Notes: generated by a model from the letters alone, not told the origin. Positions 13,085-25,560 are shown, numbered from the whole stretch's first letter. The stretch: DNA of 63,098 nucleotides, filler included, from Octopus bimaculoides (GCF_001194135.2; 5 parts of 5 records of this genome joined end to end with filler, not necessarily neighbours in it); one strand, 5' to 3'. Made by a program: numbers and translations.

Positions 13085-13320
13085 TTGGCAAAAGGTCAGC
13101 TGATTTCAAATTTTGGCAAAAGGTCAGATTTTTCGGAGAAGGTGGTAAGTCGGTTACATCGACACCCAGTGCTCAACTGGTACATCTTTTTTTTATCGCC
13201 CACGGAATGTTGAAAGGCGAAGTCGACGCTGACGGAATTTGAACTCAGAACGTAAAGACAGACGAAATACCTCTAGGCATTTCGCCCGGCGTGCTAACGT
13301 TTCTGCCAGCTCCCCACCTT
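13085..13320 (-). mobile_element. SINE family 1 copy
   Basis: GAATTTGAACTCAGAACGTAAAGACAGACGAAATACC...CATTTCGCCCGGCGTGCTAACGTTTCTGCCAGCTC is the reverse complement of family 1. Confidence 0.85.
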
Positions 13321-13339
13321 CTCGACAGTCAAATATACA

Positions 13340-13501
13340 ATGACAAACCACTACGCACGCCCCTTCCTCTCTCTCCCTAACTCATCCCCATGGAAGTGCA
13401 TTCCCACCCAGGTCCTAAATTTTCTTCCTTTCGCACTACTCTCCTCCTGTTTTTTTTTCCTCTTCTTTATTTTTATTCGTTTTTATTTTCTGTTGAAGAA
13501 C
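13340..13501 (+). mobile_element. Penelope-like 3' end/pLTR start, cut by gap inside the hammerhead motif
   Basis: T-rich tract then CTGTTGA-A-GAAC (13490-13501), identical to the motif at 36356-36367. Confidence 0.6.
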
Positions 13502-14393
13502 NNNNNNNNNNNNNNNNNNNNNNNNNNNNNNNNNNNNNNNNNNNNNNNNNNNNNNNNNNNNNNNNNNNNNNNNNNNNNNNNNNNNNNNNNNNNNNNNNNN
13601 NNNNNNNNNNNNNNNNNNNNNNNNNNNNNNNNNNNNNNNNNNNNNNNNNNNNNNNNNNNNNNNNNNNNNNNNNNNNNNNNNNNNNNNNNNNNNNNNNNNN
13701 NNNNNNNNNNNNNNNNNNNNNNNNNNNNNNNNNNNNNNNNNNNNNNNNNNNNNNNNNNNNNNNNNNNNNNNNNNNNNNNNNNNNNNNNNNNNNNNNNNNN
13801 NNNNNNNNNNNNNNNNNNNNNNNNNNNNNNNNNNNNNNNNNNNNNNNNNNNNNNNNNNNNNNNNNNNNNNNNNNNNNNNNNNNNNNNNNNNNNNNNNNNN
13901 NNNNNNNNNNNNNNNNNNNNNNNNNNNNNNNNNNNNNNNNNNNNNNNNNNNNNNNNNNNNNNNNNNNNNNNNNNNNNNNNNNNNNNNNNNNNNNNNNNNN
14001 NNNNNNNNNNNNNNNNNNNNNNNNNNNNNNNNNNNNNNNNNNNNNNNNNNNNNNNNNNNNNNNNNNNNNNNNNNNNNNNNNNNNNNNNNNNNNNNNNNNN
14101 NNNNNNNNNNNNNNNNNNNNNNNNNNNNNNNNNNNNNNNNNNNNNNNNNNNNNNNNNNNNNNNNNNNNNNNNNNNNNNNNNNNNNNNNNNNNNNNNNNNN
14201 NNNNNNNNNNNNNNNNNNNNNNNNNNNNNNNNNNNNNNNNNNNNNNNNNNNNNNNNNNNNNNNNNNNNNNNNNNNNNNNNNNNNNNNNNNNNNNNNNNNN
14301 NNNNNNNNNNNNNNNNNNNNNNNNNNNNNNNNNNNNNNNNNNNNNNNNNNNNNNNNNNNNNNNNNNNNNNNNNNNNNNNNNNNNNNNNNNNNN

Positions 14394-14545
14394 GGTATCG
14401 GATCGATTCCAAAATCTAACCAGTTCGTGCTAGTCACGAGGCCAAACATCCCTGAGAGTTTCAATCCATCCGGCGGTTCTTGAGATATCTTGCCCATGGA
14501 CAAACAAACAAACACGACTGAAAACAATATCTCCGCCTTTGCCCC
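14394..14545 (+). repeat. Unclassified interspersed repeat (possibly non-autonomous Helitron/Helentron-type end)
   Basis: GGATCGATTCCAAAATCTAACCAG...GGTTCTTGAGATATC...GACAAACAAACAAAC...CTCCGCC; recalled similarity only. Confidence 0.35.
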
Positions 14546-14629
14546 TAAGTTCTAAAGAAATCCATTTACAGAACCGCGTTCAGATACTAGTGTCGTATCA
14601 ACAAATGAATTATAAACCCATTTATTTGA

Positions 14630-15060
14630 ATTAACGGGAAATTCTTGTTGAATACCTGACACCAGAAGAACACCTGTTATCTTTGGATGTCTGCAATATT
14701 TGCTCAAACTTGGGCGTACAATGTATCTAGGGTATCGTAAATAACCTACAGCAGAATGATCTATGCGAATGATATAATGGAATGTTAATAAAGATTATTT
14801 AGTTTGTCTTGGAGATTGCAAATCTCCATATAACGTTGTGGGTGTCAGTTTTCCTGGAGGTGTTCCATTTAATGAAAACAGTTCCATCGACAAGAGGATA
14901 TGAAATATTAATTCTTTCACAAGATATACAACAAATTATGAAATCCACCATCTTTAGGTGAAGCATGATTGCAAAGTTTGCACTCAGGTGTATGTCAGCC
15001 AATCGAAAAACAGAAATTTTAATGAGAGTTCTGTTTCTGAATGCCGATCGATATTAACTG
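14630..15060 (+). mobile_element. Highly decayed Penelope-like RT and GIY-YIG remnant
   Basis: EYLTPEEHLLSLDVCNICSNL (cf. LVSLDVxSLFTNI) and VKHDCKVCTQVYVSQSKNR (cf. CxxCxxVYVGQTxR), with stops. Confidence 0.45.
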
Positions 15061-15599
15061 TTTAATGGAGTACATACTGAGAGTTGGTGTACCGGGCCAG
15101 TGTACAAGTAAATGACAGCATAGACAAAAAGAAACATATGAGGCTGAGAGAGGACACTTTAAGGTTTGTTTCACATATCATTTCAACACATTCAGTCATA
15201 AAATTAAACGAAATTCTTCATTGATTTTCATATTGCAGTGAAAGTCCCCTTCTTATCCCCGTTCTTCACCAATTCATTGGTTCACTGCTGATTAGCAACA
15301 TAATTCAGTGCTGTTCTTCACGTTCTCCTGTCCAAGATAGCTGTAATAGCTATCTATAATTCTTCAAATGACATCACTTCTATCAGATTCTGCTGTATAT
15401 TTATCTTCCGGTGCTTTCTCCTGCTGACTCGGGGCTAAAAAAAACCGGAGTCAGTGCAGGCGTTCTTAATAAGCTACACCGGACTTCCACCAAATTCTAA
15501 GCCCCCCCCCCCCATCTTTTCAACAGCCAAACAATCAGCTAATTATTTAGCTTCGTATCTTTGCTGTGATGATAATTATTTTTCCGGTTTTTTTTTTAC

Positions 15600-15990
15600 T
15601 CCAGTGAGCCAGTTGCTCGACTGGAAATTTCCAGAAATAACAGGCTACCGTAGCAGGTTACGGTAGTTATGAAGTCATCATGGATCTACGCAGGATTGCA
15701 CCTAAGGACTCATGCTGTTGTTTTTATAACTTCAGAAAGCTGAAATATGAACTTTTATGCTTCTATTTTATTCTTTCTTTCCATCTCATTATTTTACTCC
15801 CTTCTATGTCGTCATCTCATTAATATATACCATTCTCATATTTCGTATTTTTCCGTATTTGTCTCTGATGATGGAATATCCCATGCCCGGGGATATCCCA
15901 GAAACAGCTGTAAGACTTTGAATTTTTTCCAATGTTAATATTGTATACGACATGAGATGTTTGCCTTGCCTTAATGTTTGTTGTACTTTT
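15600..15990 (+). mobile_element. Penelope-like 3' end with pLTR carrying a hammerhead
   Basis: Decayed C-terminus (SSWIY...IAPK, cf. ExxWIxxLxTxxPxGLN), T-rich tract, then hammerhead at 15861. Confidence 0.6.
15861..15916 (+). ncRNA. Type I hammerhead ribozyme (GUA site)
   Basis: Stem I GTCT/AGAC; core CTGATGA 15865-15871; stem II 10 of 11 bp (15872-15882 with 15890-15900); GAAAC 15901-15905; palindromic stem III ACAGCTGT; predicted cleavage after 15912. Confidence 0.8.
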
Positions 15991-16613
15991 TAACAATCAT
16001 ATATGAGTAATCATTCAATGAGTAATCATTCAAATGAGTAATCATTCAATGCTGTGGTGACCGATTGCAGTCGGGTCAAACCAAAGTTTCGAAACGTGGA
16101 CAGGCGTGTTCTTTGAAACGTGACAGACGTGGTCTTTGAAACAAACTTGAACTCCAGTTTATATGAGGTAACGATTCTCTGCCAAGGTGACCGATTCCCG
16201 TAATACGTCTAATCAAACCAAAGTTTCGAAAGAGCAAAAATCGGAGACAATTAACTGTCAATTCTTTGGCTTTCTAATCCGATGATATTATGGTGGTCGT
16301 TATTTCCTTGAATAAAAGAATTTCTATTCGATCATTCTCACTCGAATAACTTTCTATATATCGATAGAGTAAATTGGTAAATTGGCACTAATGTTCTTTC
16401 GAAACAATTTCAGAAAAAATCAATTTCCTTTCCATCAATCATTAATATATATATATATAGAATATTTTTATTGCTTAACTGAAACATCAGCATTTTTTCG
16501 AAATCGATCTGTCAGATCGAATACAATTCCTTGCCATATGTTTTATCAATTTACTACATTCCAGATACCTCCCCACCACACACGCACACATACATACACA
16601 TACACACTATCTT

Positions 16614-16650
<37 letters not shown>

Positions 16651-16750
16651 NNNNNNNNNNNNNNNNNNNNNNNNNNNNNNNNNNNNNNNNNNNNTTAATT
16701 AATTAANNNNNNNNNNNNNNNNNNNNNNNNNNNNNNNNNNNNNNNNNNNN

Positions 16751-17049
16751 CCTGGAAATAGAGATAACTCGAATGTGGAATCTAAAAACAGAAACAATTC
16801 CTATCATAGTAGGTGCCTTAGGGATAATAAAAAAATATTCAGACAAATACATAACAAAAATACCAGGACTTACAAATATATATAACATACAGAAAATTGC
16901 ACTACTGGGTACTGCACACATTCTACGCAAAACACGTTCAATACAGTAAACATAAGAGCACCACAGAAAACCACAGCACATACCCAAGACGCACAGAGCT
17001 GCGCTCGGTAGTGAAGTGAAAGCACGTTATAAAAATAAAACTACTGAAC

Positions 17050-17105
<56 letters not shown>
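16751..17105 (+). mobile_element. R4/Dong-clade LINE 3' end (REL endonuclease C-terminus, 3' UTR, (AAT)n tail)
   Basis: LEIEITRMWNLKTETIPIIVGALGIIKK...QKIALLGTAHILRK then stop at 16947-16949; (AAT)n tail. Confidence 0.85.
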
Positions 17106-17107
<2 letters not shown>

Positions 17108-17108
<1 letters not shown>

Positions 17109-17240
17109 GAGCATCACAACAAACCACAGCATATACCCAAGCCACACAGAGCTGCGCTCGGTAGTGAAGTGAAAGCACGTTATAATAATAAAACTACTGA
17201 ACAATATTAATATTAATAATAATAATAATAATAATAATGA
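17108..17240 (+). mobile_element. Second copy of the same R4/Dong 3' UTR with (AAT)n tail
   Basis: AGAGCA...AAACCACAGCA...CACAGAGCTGCGCTCGGTAGTGAAGTGAAAGCACGTTATA...AAAACTACTGAACAAT duplicates about 16957-17050. Confidence 0.85.
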
Positions 17241-17689
17241 TAAACCACTCAAGAGCCTGAAGAAAAAGTTGAATATAATGACCCTAGGAAAAACAGCCAG
17301 GAAAATGATGTCGAAACAGAATTTGAAGACCACATATTTGCTGAACAACACAGAAAATCTATCATTGAAATGAAGCAGGAAGTTCTGAATGAGCTTGCAG
17401 TTGCAGGGCATACAAATATGAATATTTCATTAAATTTCTCAGCTAGCTTTTTATGTGTTCCAGAAGTTGGGAATTTCGTCGTCCGCGGGTGCCTTCCAGT
17501 TGCTTAGTTTTTGCAGTGCATGAGTGACGTCTTCAGTTATTATAGGGGTCCAGAGATGTTCAGGTGCTCCGTTCGTTGTTTGATAGATCTTTACTGAGAT
17601 TGTTCCTTCACCGACTATATTTCTTTCCAAAATTCTTCCACTTCTTCTGCTGTTGGTGCTGCATTGATATCTATTTTAATTTTGCCAAG

Positions 17690-17690
<1 letters not shown>
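17241..17690. mobile_element. R4/Dong ORF fragments in opposite orientations (+ 17241-17420; - 17425-17690)
   Basis: Minus strand reads INAAPTAEEVEEFWKEI...THALQKLSNWKAPADDEIPNFW (cf. NWKAPGxDxIxNFW); plus strand reads an acidic N-terminal-like segment. Confidence 0.6.
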
Positions 17691-17758
<68 letters not shown>

Positions 17759-17994
17759 TTATTATTATTATTATTGGGACTCTGCTCGTGGATTTCAAAG
17801 AAGAAGGAAGTGTGTTCACGAGCTTCAAAAATTTTTACGACATTGCTGCCAGGCTGACTGGCCTTTTGTGGGACTTTACCCCTTTTGGGGCGAATTTTCA
17901 ATTTAAATTCTCCATTTCTTTCATTTTTTCAGTTTTAAAATTTTCTTGGAGAAGAGTGTCAGTTCTTTCCTTTCGATTTCTCTTGCTGCAGTCG

Positions 17995-20170
17995 GGAAAC
18001 AGTTAAATATGTTTAAAAATTAATTGTCTCCACCCTCTCCGCACCTTGAAAGGTAGAGAGAAGGACGACTAAAGTCTTGCTAGTACGTGCAACGTTGAGC
18101 AACAGAAGGAAAAAGAAGAAAAGAAGCATGAGAAAGAAGAGGAAAAGAGCAAGGAAATTCAACTAATAGACACTGCTAGCATCACAATACCTGTGAATCC
18201 AATCTCCCCCACTGCCACCACTAACACTAGCACATTGAAAACTCAACAACAACAAAAACCTAATGCATTAAACAGCCGAGGTTTTGCTTCAGTGACAAAG
18301 TCTAGAAATGAATTCATTAATATTAGAATCTCACAAAAACTACAGAAATGTTAAAAGGAATAAAGCGAAAGATGTGCTTCGATAAATACACCTCCAGACA
18401 TTATAGACAATACAAACAAACGTACCATAGTGTACAAAATTATATCTTTAAAGAATAGACGTTTAAAAACTGCCACAAAGCAAGCAGGTGAAAAATGCTT
18501 GCAACCCATTTGGAAAGACGTAACATATCTGTCGAGGGGTAAGAAATACGGCACAATTGAAGTCAGATTTGCTACAGAAGACGTAGCAAAACAGTACTCA
18601 ACAGCCCAGCTAAGAAACAGTGAACTTTCCTAGTTCCAACATACTTGGGATGGAGCGTCGCCAAGATAAAAATACTGGAGATACCACCAGAAATTATCGC
18701 TTGCTAGATTGTCGCAGATGTCCTCTTCGACTTGGAAGATTAAATCAGAATCGTCCAAGCCGAGAAACAAGGAAAAAAATAACTGGATTGGTCAAGAATT
18801 GCAAATAATGGTCCAAATAAACTAAGACATTTTGGAACAAGTTCCCAACCAACTCAGCCTTCCAGATAGCACTATACTGAACGTCAAAGTTGAAAGCAGA
18901 AGGCCAAGATGTTATCAATGCGGACAGAATAACCACCTCAGAGCCTTCTACCCGCAACTAAAACAGAAGGAGGGCACTACCCTCTTGCTACAAGCACCAC
19001 TCACACTACAACAACTGAAGCAACCCCAACTACAGAAGCAACCCCAACAAGAGAAGAAACCCTACGAAAAGAAAGCAGAGAGGGCTCCACAAACACACAA
19101 CCACCACCATCAACTACACGAGAGACAACGCTATCAGCAATAGAGGCACTGACCACAACCACCACCACAGCGCCTACAAAAACACCATAAACGTAGCGTC
19201 AGCAAATTTCGACCCGCTGGAACTACTCCTTCCCGACTCAAACCACTGAGACACGTTGTGCGGTGAGGCCAACAGATTTGATTGGACAGAAGTCAAACGT
19301 AAAAGATTAAGAAAATGGCACAGCAGTACACCCACAAATAAACAAGCTGTACCCCAAAAAGCATTCAAAATCACCCAAAACATCAACAACACACCAACAC
19401 CAACGCTTCCAACACCTTCACCAACACCACCACTACCAGGACCACAGACACAGCTAACAGTACAGGGCACAACAGGGTCAACACAAAAAGGAAGCGAAAA
19501 TAACAAAAACACCACAAAATTCACTGCTATAAACACAGACAACACAAACTTACTATAAAGAAAAATATAGACATCAAAATGACTGACTTTGTTTCCCCCA
19601 CGGATATACACCATCACCACACATACAGATACTTCAAACATCGCAACATACATACAGCAACATAAAATCCAAATTTCCACAGGCGGTTGGAGGCTTCAAA
19701 ACGAAAGTATCCTGGAGCTTCTATAAATCCTTGGACATGGAGGCCACTACACCCCATTTAAGGAGCGGGTCATCTGCCCTGCTCCCACACCAGAGTGCTA
19801 ACTGTAAGTAGTCCTCTCCTTTTCCTCATTACCAGCCACTGAAATAATCATACTCAAAATAGGTTGCATAAATGTACGTGGCCTGGGGTCCCCTTGAAAA
19901 CAAGCTCACCCACATTATTGAATTTAGACTAACCGAACCGCAAGCTTTAATGCCCATTTTCGATGACAACGAGATCTATGCATCTCCGTGTCGGCAGGGA
20001 ATGGGTGGTGGGGGCACTGCGATATTGTTTCGGAAAGGTCTGGATCTCAAAATAAGGCCAGCTGGTCGTCCTGGACGTAAATGGTAGTAAAGTGGGGCCG
20101 TCAGACTGGTGGCTGTTTACGCACCGACAGGTGCAGAACAGTCGGAATACTTCAATACTATCCTAATTCT
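17995..20170 (+). mobile_element. Tx1/L1-clade LINE 5' part: decayed ORF1 and start of ORF2 APE endonuclease
   Basis: ORF1 zinc knuckle RCYQCGQNNHLRA (about 18905-18945); ORF2 IILKIGCINVRGLG...GGGGTAILFRKGL...RLVAVYAPT. Confidence 0.75.
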
Positions 20171-22150
20171 CAAATCTACTGGAACAGCAAACCCATAAAA
20201 TTGCAGGCCGATACCTCGTCTCCCTACAATTTACAAAGCCATTACTGCAATAATATCGCAGAGAATGAGCAAGCATCTGGAAGAAAACAGCCTGTTTCCA
20301 GAAGAGCAGAAGGAATGCTGCAAAGCCTCATGCGGCTGTAAAGTTCAGCTACTGATTATTAAAGCCATAACTGAAGACAGATGCAGAAAGAAGAAGGGTC
20401 TAATATAGCCTGGATCCATTACCGAAATGCTTTTGATAGTATTCCCCACACATGGATCCTAGAAACAGTAGCCATGCACAAGGTAGCACCAATAATCATA
20501 AAATATATAAAACATTCCAAGATTAAATGATAGAGTACTACAGCCCCAGATAAAAAGAGGGACTCATAAAAACCAAAGCCATCCCCATTAGAAGAGGAAT
20601 ATACCAGGGAGACACGCTCTCTCCATTCCTTTTCTGCTTGGCACTGACACCTTTACCTGACATGCTAAACAGAACTGGATGTGGATACAAATGCTACGGC
20701 AAAACAATCAGCCACCTTTTATATATGGATGATCTAAAACTGTATGCTACAAATGGTAAACAGCTGGAAACATTACTACAGTACATGGATTTACCAAAGA
20801 AATAAACATGAAATTTGGCTTAGAAAAATGTGCCAAAGCAACCTTGAAAAGAGGAAAACTAATTAGGAGTAGCAACATCAATTTGGATAATGCAAATGAA
20901 ATAAGAGAACTAGACCAAAGTCAGACACAAAAAACTAGATACGATACAACACACACAAATTAAAGATAAGAAAAGAATACTGTAGACGAGTTAGATTTAT
21001 AGTGAAAACAGAACTCAATGTGAAAATAATAGGTATCAACACTCTAACCGTCCCAGTTATAAGTTACAGCTACAATATCCTGAACTGGACATTAAATGAA
21101 CTGCTCAAAATAGACAGGAAAGCAAGAAAAATAATGATAGGATTTAGGACGCACCACCCAAAATCTGACATATATACAACATATCGAAGGTAGCAGAGAT
21201 CTTATACAGCCAGAAAACTATTACAAAATAAAGAGCATAGGAATACAGAAATATCTACTTCAGAAGCAAGGCAAACCAATACAAATAGCCACAAAACACG
21301 AACAAAACAAAAACGTTTTCAATCTTTAAAGAAGCTGACAAATACAAAAAAGAAGTCATAGTACCTAACAACTATGAAACAACAAAAGCTGTGAAACAAC
21401 TGAAATCCAAACTAAAACTGGAACAGCAACGGATCATGACAAAACGATGGCAAGAAGAACCCCTTCGTGGCAAATAGTGGGTTAAACTAAACAGAAAAGA
21501 AATAGACAAAGCAAAACGAATGCAAAAATAGCCACGATAGGGTAGGATAGTATTTACATTGGAAAATATGTAAACACTACAAAATCAGCACTCCTGCTTA
21601 CTGGTATGAACATCATGCTGAGCCATTCGTTGAAGATAAAAATGTCAAAATCCTCTGGAATTTTCCAGTAATACCGACAGAACGATCCGGGCTGAACGAC
21701 CAGACATAATTATTGAAGGCTGGAAGAGAATACTTGTAGACTAATAGATGTAAATGTTTCCACTGAGGAAAATATATCTGTAAAGGAATTTGACATATCA
21801 AGTAAATATAAGGAGCGGCAAATTGAAATGCAAACAATGTGGCATTTTAAAGCAAGAACTGTTCCTGTCATTGTAGGTACCCTAGGTATGATAAAAAAAG
21901 AGATGTCAGAAACATCCAGATAAGATCCCAGGAGAACCATGTCTCAGAGAAATCCAAAAGATTCTGCTGACAAGTACTGCTCACATCCTTAGGAAAACCC
22001 TATCAATTTAAGATATTTTGCTACTGCCTCTGCCACTTCCTCTCCCCAAGCTTTCAGTCATGCTGTAACATCTATTATCCTTCACTCGCCCTAGAACGCT
22101 GGGTGTGTCTCGGAAGTGATTGTAACAAACATGCAGATTAAGAGTAAATA
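20170..22150 (+). mobile_element. R4/Dong LINE, 5'-truncated, decayed RT and REL domains
   Basis: PTIYKAITAII...EQKECCK...AWIHYRNAFDSIPHTW; GIYQGDTLSP; HLLYMDDLKLYA; end LLTSTAHILRK; (AAC/AAT)n tail. Confidence 0.85.
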
Positions 22151-22161
22151 ACAACAACAAT

Positions 22162-22221
<60 letters not shown>

Positions 22222-22231
22222 AATAATAATG

Positions 22232-22277
<46 letters not shown>

Positions 22278-22289
22278 TAATAATAATAG

Positions 22290-24313
22290 GGTAGACTATA
22301 AAAATGCTTTTGATTGTCTTACCACATAGCTGGATTAAGAAATGTCTGGAAATGTGTAAAATAGCGCCTATTCTGCGAAACTTCTTGTCTGTAAGTATGA
22401 GATCATGGAGAACCATACTGACTTTGAACATCGACAAAGAATCTCTCCATGCTGGAAATGTAAGAATTTAATGTGGCATTTTCCAAGGTGACTATCACCA
22501 CTCTTCTTTTGTCCAGCCTTAATACCTCTCTCGAAATTGCTCGATGATGTACAATATAGCTATAAAATATTTGATAAAAATATAAATCATCTCATTTACA
22601 TGGATGATTTAAAGCTCTTTGCAAAAAATGACCAACAACTACAGGACTTACTAGCGATTGTTAAACAATTCAGTGATAACAACACGATGCAATTTTGCCT
22701 CGAGAAATGTGCAAAAGCTACCTTTATCAAAGAAAAAATGACAGAAACATCCAGCGTTAATTTTGACCAGCAGAATGTCATAAAGGAGCTAGAACCAGCG
22801 GAGAGCTACAAATACCTAGGGGAATTTGAAGGTGATGGAATCAAGCATTCAATGATGAGGGAAAAGATCAGATAAGAATGTTTTCGCAGGGTAAGGGTAA
22901 TACTCAAGACAGAGCTGAATGCAAGAAACAGGATCGAAGACACTAGTACTTTAGCCATACCAGTCATCACTTACAGTTTCAATATCATTAACTGGTCAAT
23001 TACTGAAATATGTAATCTTGACAGAAAAATACGAAAATTGTTGACAATACATAGAATACACCACCCTAAGGCAGATACAGAATGACTTTGCCTGCCAAGA
23101 AAAGAGCATGGCCGTGGAATTTTACAACTGGAATTAACAATGAATGTTGCCACAATTGGCCTAAACAGCTACCTGAAAAACTCTGATGGCTGGATGTTAA
23201 AATTTGTCTTAAAGCATGAAAAGAAGAAAGCATCGTACTCAGTAACAAAACAGGTTAAGGAATATCTAAATGAATTCCAAATACAACAAATTCCAGAATT
23301 AGACGTGCTAGAAACAAGTACAGAAAAATCTAAGCGCATGAAGACCCGTACTAAAACTACCGCCTTAGATATTCTTAATGATAAATGGCAAGAATAATCT
23401 CTCAATGGTAAATACCCAAATAGAGCTAATAGTGCTGATGTTGACAAAGCCCTTACCCATCAATGGTTAGTGGATACTGGCTTAAAATCAGAAACAGAAG
23501 GGTTTATCATAGCAGCCCAAGATCAATGCCTACCTACAAGAAACTACCAGGCTAACATTGAAGAGCGGCAGTAGCCCAACATGTCGTGTATGTCAACAAC
23601 AAAATGACCATTGATCATGCTGTCTCCATGTGTAGTCTTCTTGCGTCTACGGTGTATTTCAGCAGGCATGATAGAGCAGCACAGTATATTCACTGGNNNN
23701 NNNNNNNNNNNNNNNNNNNNNNNNNNNNNNNNNNNNNNNNNNNNNNNNNNNNNNNNNNNNNNNNNNNNNNNNNNNNNNNNNNNNNNNNNNNNNNNNNNNN
23801 NNNNNNNNNNNNNNNNNNNNNNNNNNNNNNNNNNNNNNNNNNNNNNNNNNNNNNNNNNNNNNNNNNNNNNNNNNNNNNNNNNNNNNNNNNNNNNNNNNNN
23901 NNNNNNNNNNNNNNNNNNNNNNNNNNNNNNNNNNNNNNNNNNNNNNNNNNNNNNNNNNNNNNNNNNNNNNNNNNNNNNNNNNNNNNNNNNNNNNNNNNNN
24001 NNNNNNNNNNNNNNNNNNNNNNNNNNNNNNNNNNNNNNNNNNNNNNNNNNNNNNNNNNNNNNNNNNNNNNNNNNNNNNNNNNNNNNNNNNNNNNNNNNNN
24101 NNNNNNNNNNNNNNNNNNNNNNNNNNNNNNNNNNNNNNNNNNNNNNNNNNNNNNNNNNNNNNNNNNNNNNNNNNNNNNNNNNNNNNNNNNNNNNNNNNNN
24201 NNNNNNNNNNNNNNNNNNNNNNNNNNNNNNNNNNNNNNNNNNNNNNNNAGCTTGTTGTCTCTCGAGGTCTCTGGGTGAGACTTGGAGTCAACTTGTACAA
24301 ATACAAACCAAAC

Positions 24314-24398
<85 letters not shown>

Positions 24399-24400
24399 CC
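22290..24400 (+). mobile_element. R4/Dong LINE, 5'-truncated, with gap 23697-24248
   Basis: DYKNAFD; HLIYMDDLKLFAK; YKYLG; CRVCQQQ...DH..SMC zinc knuckle and RHD; 3' UTR then (AAT)n 24316-24397. Confidence 0.85.
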
Positions 24401-24427
24401 TTTCTTTTAAAAGCACAAGGGCCCACG

Positions 24428-24493
24428 GGAATATAGCGTAGTGGTTTAGAGCGTGGGCTACTAACCCAAAGATTCCGAGTTCAATTCCAATGA

Positions 24494-24538
<45 letters not shown>

Positions 24539-24685
24539 TAACAACAACAACATCGAAAAATACCTTAGGAATGAGAACCCAGGTTCGAAATTTGCCCAAG
24601 ACACCTGATGAAATTTCCCCAAGACAAACAAGATGAGGACAAATATCCGTCGAATGTAAATACTCTAAATAATGTATAATTCTTC
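24428..24685 (+). mobile_element. tRNA-headed SINE-like element with internal (AAT)n and a hammerhead 5' half
   Basis: A box TAGCGTAGTGG, anticodon arm TGGG-CTACTAA-CCCA, B box GAGTTCAATTCC; ACAC-CTGATGA at 24601-24611; tail shared with 61342-61380. Confidence 0.6.
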
Positions 24686-24962
24686 GGGGTTAGAATAATT
24701 CACCTCTTGAAAATATAGGTGTTTCATTTAACATCTTTAAACAGCCCTTATTCGGCGCCCTTTTGAGTGGGATGGGCTACTCGACCAGAAGAAAAACTGG
24801 GAGCCGCCTGCAAGGTCATGCGCTGTTTATCTTGATATGAGATCACCATGTTGCGCACATATGGTTGTAATGCATGTACCTGGTGTACCCTTATATTGGG
24901 CTTCGTATATTTGTACCCCAGTGTCACTTCGATGGCATGCGCTGCTCTCTCACTCAATAATA
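24685..24962 (+). repeat. Interspersed repeat family X (second copy at 39455-39830)
   Basis: GAATAATTCACCTCT...CCTTATTC...TTTTGAG(T/C)GGGATGGGCTACT(C/T)GACC shared with about 39718-39830; ends CTCACTCAATAATAA. Confidence 0.7.
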
Positions 24963-25189
24963 AAAATCAGTAAGCTGGCAGAATCATTAACTCATGGAAG
25001 AAGAGAGTTGAATTATTTCCTCAGGTTCTTTCGTGCCGATGTCAGCTTCGTCATTCATCCTTTCAGGCTGAATACTGTAGTCCAAAGCGTCGACTTCTTA
25101 TCCTTAAAAATTGCTGGATTTGTGCTTTAATAAGAAACAATTATTATTATTCTCATTTATGGTGAGGATATCGTTAAAAGTTTGGGGTA

Positions 25190-25560
25190 TCCATTTGCGA
25201 CAATTTTATATCTATTGTACAGTAATTGTTTTATATCTTTGATGCTGTTCTCTTCATGTGCTTTATGTTTGCAGCTTTTGTTGTCTATTTTATATTTTTG
25301 TGAAACTGATTTGGTAGGTTGGACAAATGAAAAACCACTGGTTACGGTGGTGGGAAGCTTTTGTATTCTCCTGCTACAAATTTTGGCTTTTTCTTCTCTT
25401 TTTTACTACCAATGTGATGGTATGCCAATATATCTGTTCATCACATCCGCTCTCGCTATTTTCTCTATCACTGTCTCATTTTTTTCTCTTCCTGTTGTGC
25501 AATATCGTTGTTATTTATGTTTGTTCGTTTTATATTCGTGTGTAAAAGAAAAACCAAAAA
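25190..25560 (-). mobile_element. Decayed Penelope-like RT thumb region
   Basis: Minus frame reads NRYIGIPSHW**KREEKAKICSR...IKQLLYNRYKIVANGYP (cf. RYLxxxSxHP...RAxxICS...LxxNGYP). Confidence 0.5.

Noticed and set aside
24430-24490. Apparent tRNA genes (also 2921-2995, 58940-59010 and other SINE heads)
   Set aside because: Acceptor and T stems do not pair, and each continues into a SINE body.
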